64,000 nucleotides of DNA, taken from NCBI GenBank assembly GCA_951406725.2, contig OX597814.1, forward strand, positions 165,788,001 to 165,852,000, in the 5' to 3' direction. This document shows, in pieces, positions 45,101 through 58,800 of the stretch (the first letter of the stretch is position 1; every line of letters starts with the position of its first letter). A program made the translations under genes and the position numbers. The DNA is from Octopus vulgaris. Lineage: Eukaryota. The notes under the pieces were generated by a model that was not told the DNA's origin, did not search any database, and was given only the letters and a program-made list of their open reading frames with translations.

Positions 45101-48100
45101 GCCTAATAGAACAAAACAAAATCCTTGTGTATCTAAATTTGCATCTTTGCAAGCAAAAAGTAGCCATAACTGAAAACAGTCAAGCATCTCAAGTCTAAAT
45201 GATGTGCGCTTTGCTTTTGTTAATGGTTCCTAATCTAAAAGAAATGCCATAATGAAATAATATAAATCATAATGTTCTCAATGTTGTGAGTAATATTAGT
45301 TAACTGATGGAGCTGATCCAGGGAATATTTGCATAGAAAAAAAGAACTATACTGACTCTTTATAGAAAGCACTTATTCTCAAGCCAGCTAAAGTACTGTT
45401 CCTAGATTTAATTTCATACAACATACCCACACTAGTAGAAGCTCATTGGTTAACTGGAAATAAGTCATCTGAAAATTGCTTCTCTCCTCTGACTTCACGA
45501 AAAACAAAAAGAAAACTATATATAAAATCATTAACATACAAAAGATGTGCAAAATTAACACAATATTACTTCACTACACTAGAAATACTATTATTGGTGT
45601 CAGATACCAACTAAATACAGCAACAAACTTGGTTTTCATGTACACGTTCACTTCTTAATGGTCTCTCCAAGACTACAAATGATCTTCAAGGAAGAGAGAA
45701 ATGTGTTTATATGTTTTATTTTCAAATCTGCTGTGCAACATACCAGACAAATCAACAGTCTATTTGAGAGAACAGAAGTGAGCTGTGATCCCAAATCTCG
45801 TAATCTACCAAATACTAGCATGCAGCCTACAATTGTAGCGAGAACAATTGTAGTACATCAACCTAGAGGCTGAATTCGATAAAATAGAGTACATTAGCAC
45901 ATAGAGACAGAAACATAAACAAGGTTTAATGAAATTTAAAATTTTACCTGGTGGTCCAAACAAAATATAAGGCATCGGGCGACACTGGCCAAGAAGAATC
46001 CGTTTGACCGCAGACATTTGTCTGTCATTGAGTTGTCTGTTAAAAAACTGCAGAGTGAGTTGAGAAGAAATATCCACTCGAGAAGCTGATTTGGTTGGGG
46101 TCAAATAACTTGACTCAGTAGCTTGGTCTGATGATGGATTGTACAGTGGTGGTTGATTTTCAACAGTTGTAGGAAACAGCACTGAAAGAGGAAACAAGAT
46201 GAGTTTCAGGTTCAAGATCTACCAATGATTAATGTGGAGGCACATGGCCTAGTGGTTAGAGCAGTGGACTCGCGGTCTAGGGATCGTGGGTTCGACTCTC
46301 AGACAGGGTGATGTGTGTGTTTATGAGCGAAACACCTAAGCTCCATGCGGCTCCGGCAGAAGGTAATGGCGAACTTCTGGTGCCTCTTTCGCCACAACTT
46401 TCTCTTATTCTTTCCTCCTACATCTTGCAGCTCACCTGCGATGGACCGGCATCCCATCCAGTTTGGGAACCTATACGCCAAGGAAACCAGGAAACTGGCC
46501 CTTATGAGCCAGGCATGGCTCCAGAAGGATTGATTAATGTACAATCACTTTCATGCAAGTTATATTACTTGTTACCTTTTATCTGGCAAAGCAATAAGCA
46601 TTACTACTAGTTGGAAGGTAGGAGGTCAATTTTGAAAATGAAAACACTTGCTGCAAGATAACTTAAGCATTTATGAAAGAAAAAAGCAATAACAATGAAT
46701 ATAAAACATTGTCTGATATCTGCAACCTTCTTGTGATAACGCATGTCCTCAATCTTATGTGGAACACATCCACAATATCTTATGAACCATTTCTTGGAAC
46801 CAACATGATAATGACAAAGTACACCTACATCCACATGTGGGCCACATATGACAAGGCACACCTGCTCTTGTGGAGCACACATAAGGCATATCTATAACCT
46901 CGAGGGCCACATGTGACATGACATCCATAGCTCCAACACACACATACTATCTCTTCATTATGCATTGTATCTAGATGTCAGAGTACACTTGAGACTATCC
47001 TATTTTAATCTTAAGCTGTTTAAAGACCCCTCTTACTGGATAAAATACAACTCTATTGCAAGTTTAATCTGCCAAATAATTTGAACTCAATGTTGTACTA
47101 TTATAAAATGCTCTTGCTGATTACAGCAGTAACTAGTTTTTACATAGTACCTCAGATGCATAAGGTAAATGGCTGCAACAAGTGCAACACCAATAATGGT
47201 ACATGAGCCATTTATAAACTCTTGTAACTCGGTTGGAAATCATTCTTAGAAGTAAAAATTGTACAAATAATTTCTTTTATAATTTTGTTATAAAAAAATA
47301 AACAAAAATATTAACATATTTACCATTTCTTCCAAGATTAGGGGCATACTCAGCAGCTTGGTGAAATCGTCTTAAAGGAGTCCTGTAACACAACAACAAA
47401 AGCAATCTCTTTCAATACAGAAAAAATTTTAACTGAAATCTTAAATATAATTCATCCTCCTCGTCATTGCTTTAACATTTGTTTTTAATAATTGGCATTG
47501 GTTGGATGACTCAGTTATATAGCTTATCACCACTCAAGGTCCTTTGCTGTATTATCTGTGAAGCTCAGCATTCCGCAATCAAACTTCATTACTTCTTTCT
47601 TTGACCTTTCTCTAGCATAAGTACTTTCCATTAGCAGCATATGGTACTCTTTGCCTATTCATATTACATAACTAATAGTGGTATTTCTTCCAAAAATCAG
47701 TAGTTGCTTAACCACATTTCAATGTTATCTTTAGCTAGCCTTCATACAAGTTAACATGACACCCATTAAGAAAAACTCTTTAGAATGAGAACAAAAATAG
47801 AAATTGTCCAAATGAATGTATACAGTTCTTGAGAAAAACCAATGCTTGGCAGAAGGCTTGAACTGTTTCAGCTGCAAAACCTTTCGTCATTATTCATACC
47901 ACTAGAATCCATTTGGACTAAAACAAGAATAAATTTTGGGGGAAAAAAATTAAGATTCAAATCAGTTTAATGGAAAAAGATCATTTCTTTCAGTATATAG
48001 ATTCCAAAGCTTCTTTTTCAGTGGTTATAGTAACAAAAATTCCCCTAAAGTGCACTGATTTGACTCACTAGAACTAGTGTTGATCACAACTCTAGTCAAC

Positions 48101-51100
48101 TTCTGACTGAAATCATGCTAGCAATATGTATTTTAGTAAATATTTTAAAATTAAAAATTAATTATTTTTTTTTTATAAAACTGAGCTGAGAATGTGAATG
48201 ATCTAAACATTGCCACAAGATAGCTCTAGCTCAATGGGATGTAGGTTTGATATCCCTGGTCTCAAGAAACCAAAAACAAATTGACATTCTGCTTGCTTAA
48301 AAAAAAATTTGTGCATTAAAATTGAAGGATACTAATGATTTCTTCACAATGCACAAGCACTATATCTCCAAACATAGCTGGAGAATATCAGGAGTGAAAT
48401 GAAATAGAAGTGAACTAATGAACTACTGTAAAGTTTTCATTAGTTAATTTCAGAAATAAAGAAGCACTTAAGGAGCACATGGAAAAACACTAAGAAAATA
48501 GTTTACCTGTTGAATGTGAACCGGACATCATAATCTTCCCCAAGATATTTACTGTGGAACTCGGCATTAAACTTTAGGTATACTTCATCACTGTGCACCT
48601 AGAAATGGAACAGTCAGAAGAAATACATTAGTTCTGTCAATCGACATATTACTGTTAGACACTTTGAAGGAGGAATGCTAAATATAAAAACATTATCAAA
48701 GAAGAAAGAATAATTTGTTTTTTAAAATTTTCTTCCATCAAAATTTAGTACAATATTCAGATTTACATGATTAACAGTGTTTTTTTTAGTTGAAGTGCTG
48801 TTGCAGTACCATTGAAGTCTTCTTGTTTTTATTCAATGTATATAGGTTAAGACAAATTGGCAGAAACCATACCTAAAGTTTGTAGCTCAAAAAAATAAAA
48901 GTTTCCTCATCTAAAGAGCTATCAATGTTTATATGTATGAAATATACCTTCTCATAACATTTCCAATATAAGGAAAAGAGTGTAGTGGGTGCGTTTTACA
49001 TGCCACCAGCACTGACATTGGCCATGCTTGAATGGTACTTTTTACATACCACTGGCACGGGTGCCAGTCAGGCAGCACTGGCATCGGCCATGACTACAAT
49101 TTCACTCAAATCAACAGGTCTTCACAAGCATGGCATATCACCCAACGATTGAAGGGTGCTTTTAAACAGGTCAGTTATGCGACACTGCCATAGGCCAATC
49201 TCACTTGGCTTGCCAGGTCTTCTCAAGCACAGCACGTCTCCAAAGGTCTTGGTCACTTGTCATTGCCTCAGTGAGGACCAACGTTCAAAGGTTGTGCTTC
49301 ACCACACCATACAATGTCTTCTTGGGTCTACCGCTTCCACAGGTTCCCTCCACTGTTAGGGTGTGTCACTTCTTCACACAGCTGTCCTCATCCATACGCA
49401 TCACATGACCATACCAGAGCAGCTGACTCTCTTACATTTGATGCTTCTTATCTCCAACTTTTCACTTAGGACACTTACACTCTGTTGTGCATGCACACTG
49501 ACATTGCACATCCAGTGGAGCATACTAGCTTCATTTCTTTCAAGCCTACACATGTGTAGTCGCAGCCTATGTTTCATACAGGCACCTCACAGTCTACTTT
49601 TTTTTGACTCTGAACGAGAGGCCCTTTGTTACTAGAAGTAGGAGCTCTCTGAACTTTGCCCAGGCTATTCTTATTCTAGCAGCTATGCTCTCAGAGCATC
49701 CACCCCGAATACTGACTCGGTCACCTAGGTAACAGAAGCAATCAACTACTTCTAGTTTTTCCCCCTGGCATGTGATGGAATTGGTTTTCTGTACATTTTC
49801 AGTGTTTATTGCACCTGTGCATCTTCCACACACAAAAACTATCTTCCTTTGATATTGCAGTACCTCTTATGTGTCAATAGCTTACACTGGGTATGTCTTA
49901 TGGAGTTTCTACCTACACCTTTTCTACAGATTGAGAAAGACCATCTACCTGAAGGGATTTGTGATTTGTCCACCTTCCTATTTACTAAAACTTTGGTTTT
50001 TGCAAGGTTAACTCTAAAGCCTTTCAATTTTAGATCTTGCTTCACCTGAAACTTCTCTAGTTCTGGTAGTGATTTAGCTATTAGGGGAAGGTCCTCAGCA
50101 TAGACGAGCTCCCAGGGACAACCTGTCTTGAATTCTTCTGTTATCGCCTATGATGAACAAGAGGGGGCTGAGGACTAATCCTTGGTGAAACCCCTACTGT
50201 GTGTGAGTGTGTTAAAAAGGACATTAAGAAGCACCCACCTCGTGAACAATTCCTTCAAATATAGGACCTCCTTCTGCACCAGGGGTTGACAGATAGACCC
50301 TGTCGCCAACAAGCACTGATGGTCTGCCTTCTGCTAAACCTGGAACCTTCAAAGATAGGTACTCTCCAACAATATTCAGACATACCTGTAAAAGACAGTA
50401 ATAAATGTTTAATGCATATAAATATATACGTATGTACATCTAAATAGGTAAATAGTATAACATTCATATTACTGTAATACACCCTATGCCAGCATTAAAT
50501 AGCAATAATAATCCTTTCTATTAAAGTAACAAGGCCTGAAATTTCGGGGAAGGGTACTAGTCAATTACATCAACCCCAGTATTTCACTGGTACTTTATTT
50601 ATCAACTCTGAAAGGATGAAAGGCAAAGCTGACCTCAGCAATATTTGAACTGAGAATGTAGCAAAATACTGCTAAGCATTTTGCTTAGTGCACTAACGAT
50701 TCTACCAGCTCACTACAACAACAACAGCAGCCGCAGCAACAATGTTGTTGCTGCTGCAGCCTTTTGTTTTACATATTCAATATCTAGTTATCATCTACAA
50801 ATAAGTATGACTTGGCAGCATGAACCATGCTTTTGGTAATTGTTTTCAGTGCCTGTATTGTTATGTACAGACATAGACTATCTCAGTCTTTTCACTCTTG
50901 GCCCAATGGAACATCAAGGATGTGACAGTTAAAGAGAGGGGGGGAGAGAAGGAGAGAGGAGGGGATAGTGGGGAAAGGAGATAGGAGGGAGATAGGGAAG
51001 GCAAGAGGAGGGGTAGGGAGAGAGAAGAGAAGGGAAGGAGAGTGATAAGGGAGAGCGAGGGGAAGAAGGGGAGGGAGAAGGAAAGAAGGGGAGAGCCACA

Positions 51101-54100
51101 GTAGCATTTGGTTGGTAATAATTTTGGCTGAGTAAACAAGAGCAACTTAAAATGAAGCGCCTTGCTCAAAGACAACATACTGCACAGTCCAACAACAATA
51201 ACACACCCACAAGGGAGTCTCTAGTCTGTCACTAAACCTGCTATAAATAGCAACCATATTTCCACATACCACATCCAACCATCTTTTGAAAAAGGAAAGC
51301 ACATATTGGATAATAAAGACCTACATACACAATATCTGGAAAAAAATGGTATGATTGTGGTTCAATAAGAACTGACAACTGTGCAAGGATACCTCTACAC
51401 AGTCACCTGGCCTACTAGATTTAACAGCCAAATCTCCCTCAAGTCATGTCCTACTGCTTTACAAAAAGGATACACTAGATGATGTAGTTCAAAAGTATTT
51501 TATGCCTGCAAAAAATAAAGATGGGTTAGTCATAGCAAGAATGATGAAATAAGTCTTACCTGTTCTAAGTCAAATGCTCTGATATCAATATCTAACTGGA
51601 TCTCCTCCAGATAAAGCAGTAGGGAGAACTTGGATTCATAATTCTCATAGCAGAGTGTCTGAAAGTAAACAGTAGAGATTCATTATTTATCAATAATCAT
51701 CACCCTTTAACATCCATTTTCCATGCTGGTTTCTATGGATGGATGCCCTTCCTAATGCCAACCGCTTAACAGTGTCACCTGTCCACTCACTACTTCACTG
51801 TTAACTTTCTATGGATAGATGGATACAGACTCATTGAATTCAGATAATTTTAATTTGAAATATTCTCTTAGTTTCTAACACAAAACTTTAATAAGTAGTT
51901 CTACACAAACCAAATACTTCAATGTGCAGTACACATCCAGTCATAATTTAATCTGCAGTACCTTCATATTTTTACTTATGACACAATATATTTCTTAGGA
52001 GTTTTATTTTTATATTTCTTCATGTTGAATGTTGTCAATCCGATAATCTAGAAGTCTTGCCAAAAGGCAAAACAGACTACAACTGCAATAAAAAGCAAAA
52101 TTCACTGACTCCAAAGATATTCAAATTTTGTTAAGTGGAATTAATGTGCACTCAGACCAGACTGAATGCTAGTTAACATTAGAGACTGCAACAGATGACC
52201 AATATCAATTGGCCAATGGCTAGTATGTTTGACATGCCTTAAGACGCTTCAGTAAAATTATAATTTATGTTTGAACAAAAAGAATTCAGTGAAACATACT
52301 TACTTCTTCTAGGATGGGAAAAACTTCTCTTAGCTCATCAGAATTAATAACAGGATTTCGTATTTCTTGTGGAACACGATATTGGCCAAGTCTTTTTGGT
52401 AATTGCAGCTTTGGATACCTTGAAGTAAAGAAGGATTTGAAATTTTTTTTTTTTTAAATCTACCAAGTTTACATAATCAACATCAGTTTTATGGATTCTT
52501 TTTGTATATAATTAATATAGACAGCACTGATTTAAAAAATAAAATGGTATGTAACATAGCCCAATAAAATTCATCTCTAGAGCAACTGAACTTGAGAAAG
52601 GCTATCCATCTCCAGGCTGAACTCACAAGAGGAATTAAGCACAGCAATGCCGTTAATAAAAAACTTTACATTGAAGATTTGCTCTTCGGTATGGTACTTA
52701 TTACAGCATGATGGACTGGGCAATTTGAGAACCATCGTCTCAAAGTAATGTCTGTGACAGAATCATCCTCATCAGCTAACATCCGCTGTCCATGCTGGCA
52801 TGGGCTGGATGGTTTGACTGGGCTGGCACACTGGAAGGTTGCACCAGGATCCAGTCTGATTTGGCGTGGTTTTCTATGGTTGGATGCCCTTCTTAATGCC
52901 AACCACTCTGAGAGTGTAATGAGTGCATTTATGTGCCACCAGCACAGGTACCATTTGCATGACAGCAGTATCTGCCATGACTGTGATTTTGCTTGACTTG
53001 ATGGGTTTTCTTCTCAAGCACGACAAAATGCCAAAGGTCTTGGCCATTGCCTCCATGAGGCCCAACACTGGAAAGGAACTTGACCACTTTGCCTCCATGA
53101 GGCCCAATGCTCTAAAGGAACTCAACCACCTCACCTCCATGAGGCTCATTCAAAAGAAATTCAGCCATCTTGCCTCTGTGAATCATTAAATTCTTGGTTG
53201 ATGATTCAATATTCTGATCAACTCACCAATCTTACATCCACTCTCACACATAAACATTGATTGATGTCAAATCAGGAGTTACAACAACAAACAAGTTCAT
53301 TTAGTAAATTGTTGTAATCATTTGCTTTAATCTAATTCGGACTGGTTAAATTTAACTAAGCTGTATGTAAGTCCTATTTTGTTAATTTCCTGGTAATCAT
53401 AAGTCAATATTCAACTGTTTATATGATACAAATACTAAAATATTTTTATGTATCTTTGTTCATTTAGGCATGAAGCAAATGGTTCTTCCTAGCCATAATT
53501 ATCCCCACAATTCCCACCAAGGCAATCAGAATAAGGTGTTTTGTTCAAAGAAAAAAAATCTGTCACTGGCTTTGATCGCTTGAGACCATCACTTTAACCC
53601 CTCAATAAGATCATACTGTTATTAATTAATAACTATTCCCTTAATTTACCAAAACACCATCCTGCAGACTGGTCAGATTCTGTCAAATTTTACAACCCAT
53701 GGTAGCATCAAAGATGTATGTTAAAAAGAGGATTATGATAAACATCTTATCTCAAAGCAAAAAGCAAGAAAGCCAAGTTTAATACCTTGTCATTTTCTCC
53801 CCAGGAACAACCCAACTGTCGTCCATCGACTCTCTGTACCGAGTGAAAGGGGTTTTACTTTGCTGTGATCCCTGCATAGGTTGCGACTGTTGGGGCATGT
53901 AATTTTGGTATGGATCAATTACAGTCACTGTAAGATGTCGCCCAATTCTAAACTTGTCGAACTTGAAAACTAGTAAGACCTTATGGTTTCCAATATATCT
54001 GAAAGAGAAAATACAATAAAATACTATAATAAATGTCAAATAGTAAAAATCCCATTGAAATCAAGAAGTATACATGGAAAGTTAAATTAGTCCTCCTAAA

Positions 54101-55808
54101 TAATTTAAAAAACAAGAGAAATGCAATTTATCATCATTATCATCAGAGGTTTGAGGTTTGCTTCCTGTTATTGACATAGATACAATACTGCACACCTGCC
54201 CACTCTATCAATATGTTTCTCAAAAGATTTTAAATTACTTGAGTTTAATTTTATTTTGACTATGTTTATCCTCCTAATCATCAACTTACTGAATTTTTCT
54301 CTCTCCTTTTTATATTTTTACCAAGCAAAGATGGTCCATTATTATTGCTTAGCCAAATCCTCATCCTAAGACAACTGGCATATCTCAACTCTACTCATAA
54401 CAAAGTAAGAAAGGATTTGAAATTAAATTTCCATGTAACTTTCAGCAAAATTACATTTTGAAATAAGAGCTGGTACAATTAAACAAATAAATTAGAGGGG
54501 GTTTATTTGCCTCACTAATATCTCATATTACAGCTAATATCTGTTTGACAAGAGATAATTAGGCTACACACCAACAAAAATAAACAGCAAAAATATCTTA
54601 CTTGGTGGTGCAGGATATATTCACATAAGCTGCCATTTTAGGCTGAAGAACCAGCTGGCCTTTCACTTCTCTGGAACTTGAAACTGATTTAGAGCTGGCC
54701 ATCATTTCTTTCACCACCTTCAAACGGTCCACATGGAACTGACTTTCCTCAGTAGGTAGCTGAATTTCAAGCAGTGTCTGTGGATGGTTTCCATTGTTCC
54801 GAATCCACAAAGTTATAACCTTGCTCTCCTCTTTAGACATCTTACCAAAATCAGAAATTCCACTAATGATGATCCCTTCTTTGTCTTTTAGTAGATCACC
54901 AAGGTAGTTGCTGTGTGGGGTAATCTCAATTTGGCTGCAGACAGAAATGGTTAATACACAATGAAAAGCAGTTCAATATAATCACATTTAATAAACCAGA
55001 ATCATCCCAGTTGGTCTTTTATAACAAAACACAAGCTAGGATATTTTAAAGCCATTCAAACAACAGGCTAATTCCATCCAGTTAACTTTCATAAGATAAC
55101 AGAGAAACTGTTTATACACAAGTTAAAATATCAGATATTTGACTGCCCCCCACCCCCATCATCATCATTATTATTACTATTAATGGATTCCTAGAGTTAA
55201 TAAAAAACATTTATAGTAATTATAATTCAAAAAGTGTTGCAATTGAGAGGTTTCCCTTCTAGGTAGTGGTATACTGTGGTATCAGCTTTCCAAAGATCAG
55301 GATAGATTCTTGTGGAATGGAGACAGAATGTGTATACATGTGTGTGTGTGTGTGTTTGTGTATGAAGAGTTTACAGAGGACAGGACTACTTCCAAAGTGC
55401 ACTGTCTGAGGGTTGTAAAAGGATACTATCTGAGTCAGCAGTCATGTTGGTTTGGAGTAACAAAAAGGTTTTTCACAGTTCATATGTAAGTATACATGGT
55501 ATTGGAACTGGCAGAATGAAGAAGGTAAAGTTTCAGTATTTTGCAAAGTGCATACAACGTAGAGTTAGAGGCAAATTCAACAAATGTGAAAGTTCTCACC
55601 GCCTAGTATTGATTACAGAGTATTATGGTTGAGAAGTGTTGAGTAGATAGCTTCCTCAGAGATGGAACTCACAAACATCTTTTACTTCTCAGATGGCAAC
55701 TGTGGCAACAGTATAAGTCAATATGTTGGTGAAGGTGGGTAGGTTTTTCCAGGTGTTGTAGGCAGTGTTCTATACTTGACTTGAACTACTGTAGTACAGG
55801 TATATGTG

Positions 55809-55851
<43 letters not shown>

Positions 55852-58800
55852 CATACATATATATATAGATAGAGAAAGAAAGAGAGAGAGAGACAACAGG
55901 CTTTCAGCTTCCATTCACCGAATACTCACAAGGATTTGGTTAACTCAAGTAAACAGAAGACACTAGCCCAAAGTGCCACACAATGGGATTGAACCCAAAA
56001 CCATGTAGGTGTGAAGCAAGCTTCAACACATTCATGCTTTTCCCGAAGTATTTTTTGTCAGGATAATAAATGAAACAAGGTATGCTCATAAAGAGCACAC
56101 CATTATTACATCAAGATATGAAAGTGTACTATGAATGCTTTTCCTGAAGGCACTTGTAGTTACTGGATTTGGTTGTTTGTGGAATGTAAAGAAATATGCT
56201 TAAATGGATGATTTTGATCACTTTTTGGCTGGATACCTTGGTGTATCAGAGCTAAAGCAAATTTGCTACCAGGGACAGTTAGTGTAAAGCTAAAAGATCT
56301 CAATCCAGCTAACTGATATGAAGTGCCATACAGTGCAGAAGAAGTAATCATGTCAGAAGTTGGTTTGTGTAAGGCTGACAACAGAATATTCTAAAGGTAT
56401 TTACAAACAAAATGGTGGTACAAAATTGGGCAGCTTGTATACCTGCACTGACTTATCCATTTACATATAGCAGTAAGCATACGTAAAAAATTAAATTAGA
56501 TAGCTTTTTCAGAGAGGAAAACTGCAACTTACTTGTGTGGAGACCGTGGCAGACGAGACACTGAAATGGCTCTCCAATTACATTTTCCTTGTTTACTTTC
56601 AATGGCTGTACAGCAGACTTGATCTTTACACTGTGGCTTATATCCGTCAGCACAAGCTTTGACATAAAAGAAGATATCTTTCTTGATGTAACCATGATCC
56701 CGAAGGACAACACTGACTTCACTAGTGAATTGTTGTTGTCGAAGTGGCTGCACATCAAATGCAACCACCTCACTATTGTTTTCACGCAGATCAACAGTCA
56801 CCCAATCGCCCACTTCAGGTATGTAACCCTTGATACAGTTCTCTATTTTAAAGGGTATATCCTCATTAATTAATCCTTCACCAAGATGGCACTGTGTAAT
56901 TGTGCCCACGCCAGGTGCTAACTCTTTCAAGAGTCCGTTAGAAACAGATTCAGATTCAACACAATCATCAGAATGATCTAGAAAAGAAAAAATTTATATT
57001 TAGGAAAGTAAGACATATTATTAGAGTTTTATGGAGTCAGTATTCTCAGTTTTTTCTAGATGTAGTTCTTCAGCAGGTACCTTTCACCACAGACGCACAA
57101 CGTTTCTTCATTCAACATCTCTCAAATGTTTGAGCTAATATTTCAACTAATACCTTCTCAACTGCACTCAATCCAAACAAAAGCTTACACTTTACATAAT
57201 TCTCAAATAATTTGAGAAACACAAAAAAATAAACAAATTATATCTTACCAATAGAGACGACAATTATTTCAACTTTATCCTATGTTAAGCTACTATACTA
57301 TCAACCACTCCATCAGTATTATGCATGTATCCTAGGTAGCACAAATTAACTGATTAAAAAAATGAGTAAACCACTTGTGCAGTGCATAGTTTTCACATTA
57401 AGATTGTTCATATTGATGACTACTTTAGTGCATCTATTCCAGCTAAAACCTTTGTTACTATAAATCTGTCATTACTCAAAATTATTCAATTTCTAAATGA
57501 TTTGCTCTAAACTAAAGCTGAGAGATTACATTATTGTATTTAGGGTCAAACAATGAGTATACACAAACAACACAGTATTTTAGTTTCTGTATATATGTTG
57601 CTATAAGGCATCTGGAGATTCTTCTTTCAAATAATACCTTATTGTTGATCATATTTGTCATTTTAAGTATTTAAAGTAGATTATCAACAAAGAAAAGTTT
57701 TGTAGTTCTAAAACATTTCTCAATGAGAACCCTGTTTTCAACATGCAAAAGTTCCCATGAACATCTAGTTTTGGACTTCAGTGCAATTGTCAAAACAAAC
57801 AAAATGAAGATAATAATAGACAGAGCCTTGGTTGAAACCCTCCTAAATTTTCAAGGAATCCACTGTCAGTTCTGATACTTTTAGCGCGCTCTCTCTCTCT
57901 AACTGTCTATCTTTTAGTCTGACCCACTCTGACAAGTCATTCGTCCATACATTGTTTGCTCATTGAGAAATAAACCCTGTTAAAGTTCTGTAGTTAATTC
58001 ATTTAGCAAAACAAATTTCATCACTAATTACAATCAAGTTTGTAACAATATGAAATATGTGGTCATGCTGGTGATGGAATGCTAACCCTGAAACATAAAA
58101 GATAATCTTAACAGGAGATAATTGTTACTTTAACCCTCACCTAGATTACTAGTAATTAAAGGCAAACAGCAATCAATAATCAAGACCCAAATAGTGAAAA
58201 GTAAATGTATCAACATATAAATATATTTTCCAGCCACAATAAAGTACCTGCACAAATGGAGCTGGCCAATGATAGGGAAGATGGAATCACTGAGTACTTA
58301 CAGCAGGATGACATACTGATGCAAAAATAGTTGGTTGAGGTAACTGAATATTGAGGTCCAGCTGTAGTTCTGTATCTAACTAAACAAAATTGCTTCAGAC
58401 AGTCAACATTAACAAGTCTCTTGTTTATCAAGCATGCCAAAGGTAAAATACTTAAATAATAAATGCGCCCATTTAAAGCCTAGCCAGGCAAATGGGCCCG
58501 GTTTCCTGGTTTCAGTGGTGTATGTGTTCCCTAGCTGAATGGGACACTAGTCCATCACAGCGTTACTCATTTTTGCCTGCTGAGTGGGCTGGAGCAACAT
58601 GAAATGAAGTGCTTTGCTCAAGAACACAACGCGTCGCCTGGTCCAGGAATCGAAACCACAATCTTATGATCATGATGCTAACACCGTAACCACTAAGCCA
58701 TGTGCCTCCTCAAAATACTTAAAAGTCCCACATAATCTTGAAAGCTCTTTTATACAGAGTCTGAAGAGGCTACAAAACATACATCTCAATGATTGGATAC

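Noticed and set aside
46236-46310. Functional tRNA gene
   Set aside because: A/B boxes are present, but there is no proper acceptor stem or poly-T terminator; it continues into a SINE body with TSD.
50733-50754. 10 bp hairpin gcagcaacaa/ttgttgctgc
   Set aside because: Short and derived from CAA/CAG microsatellite sequence; no evidence of function.
52411-52418. GTATCC on the minus strand as a second U12 donor
   Set aside because: It is the start of a coding exon after an AG acceptor and continues AA rather than TT.
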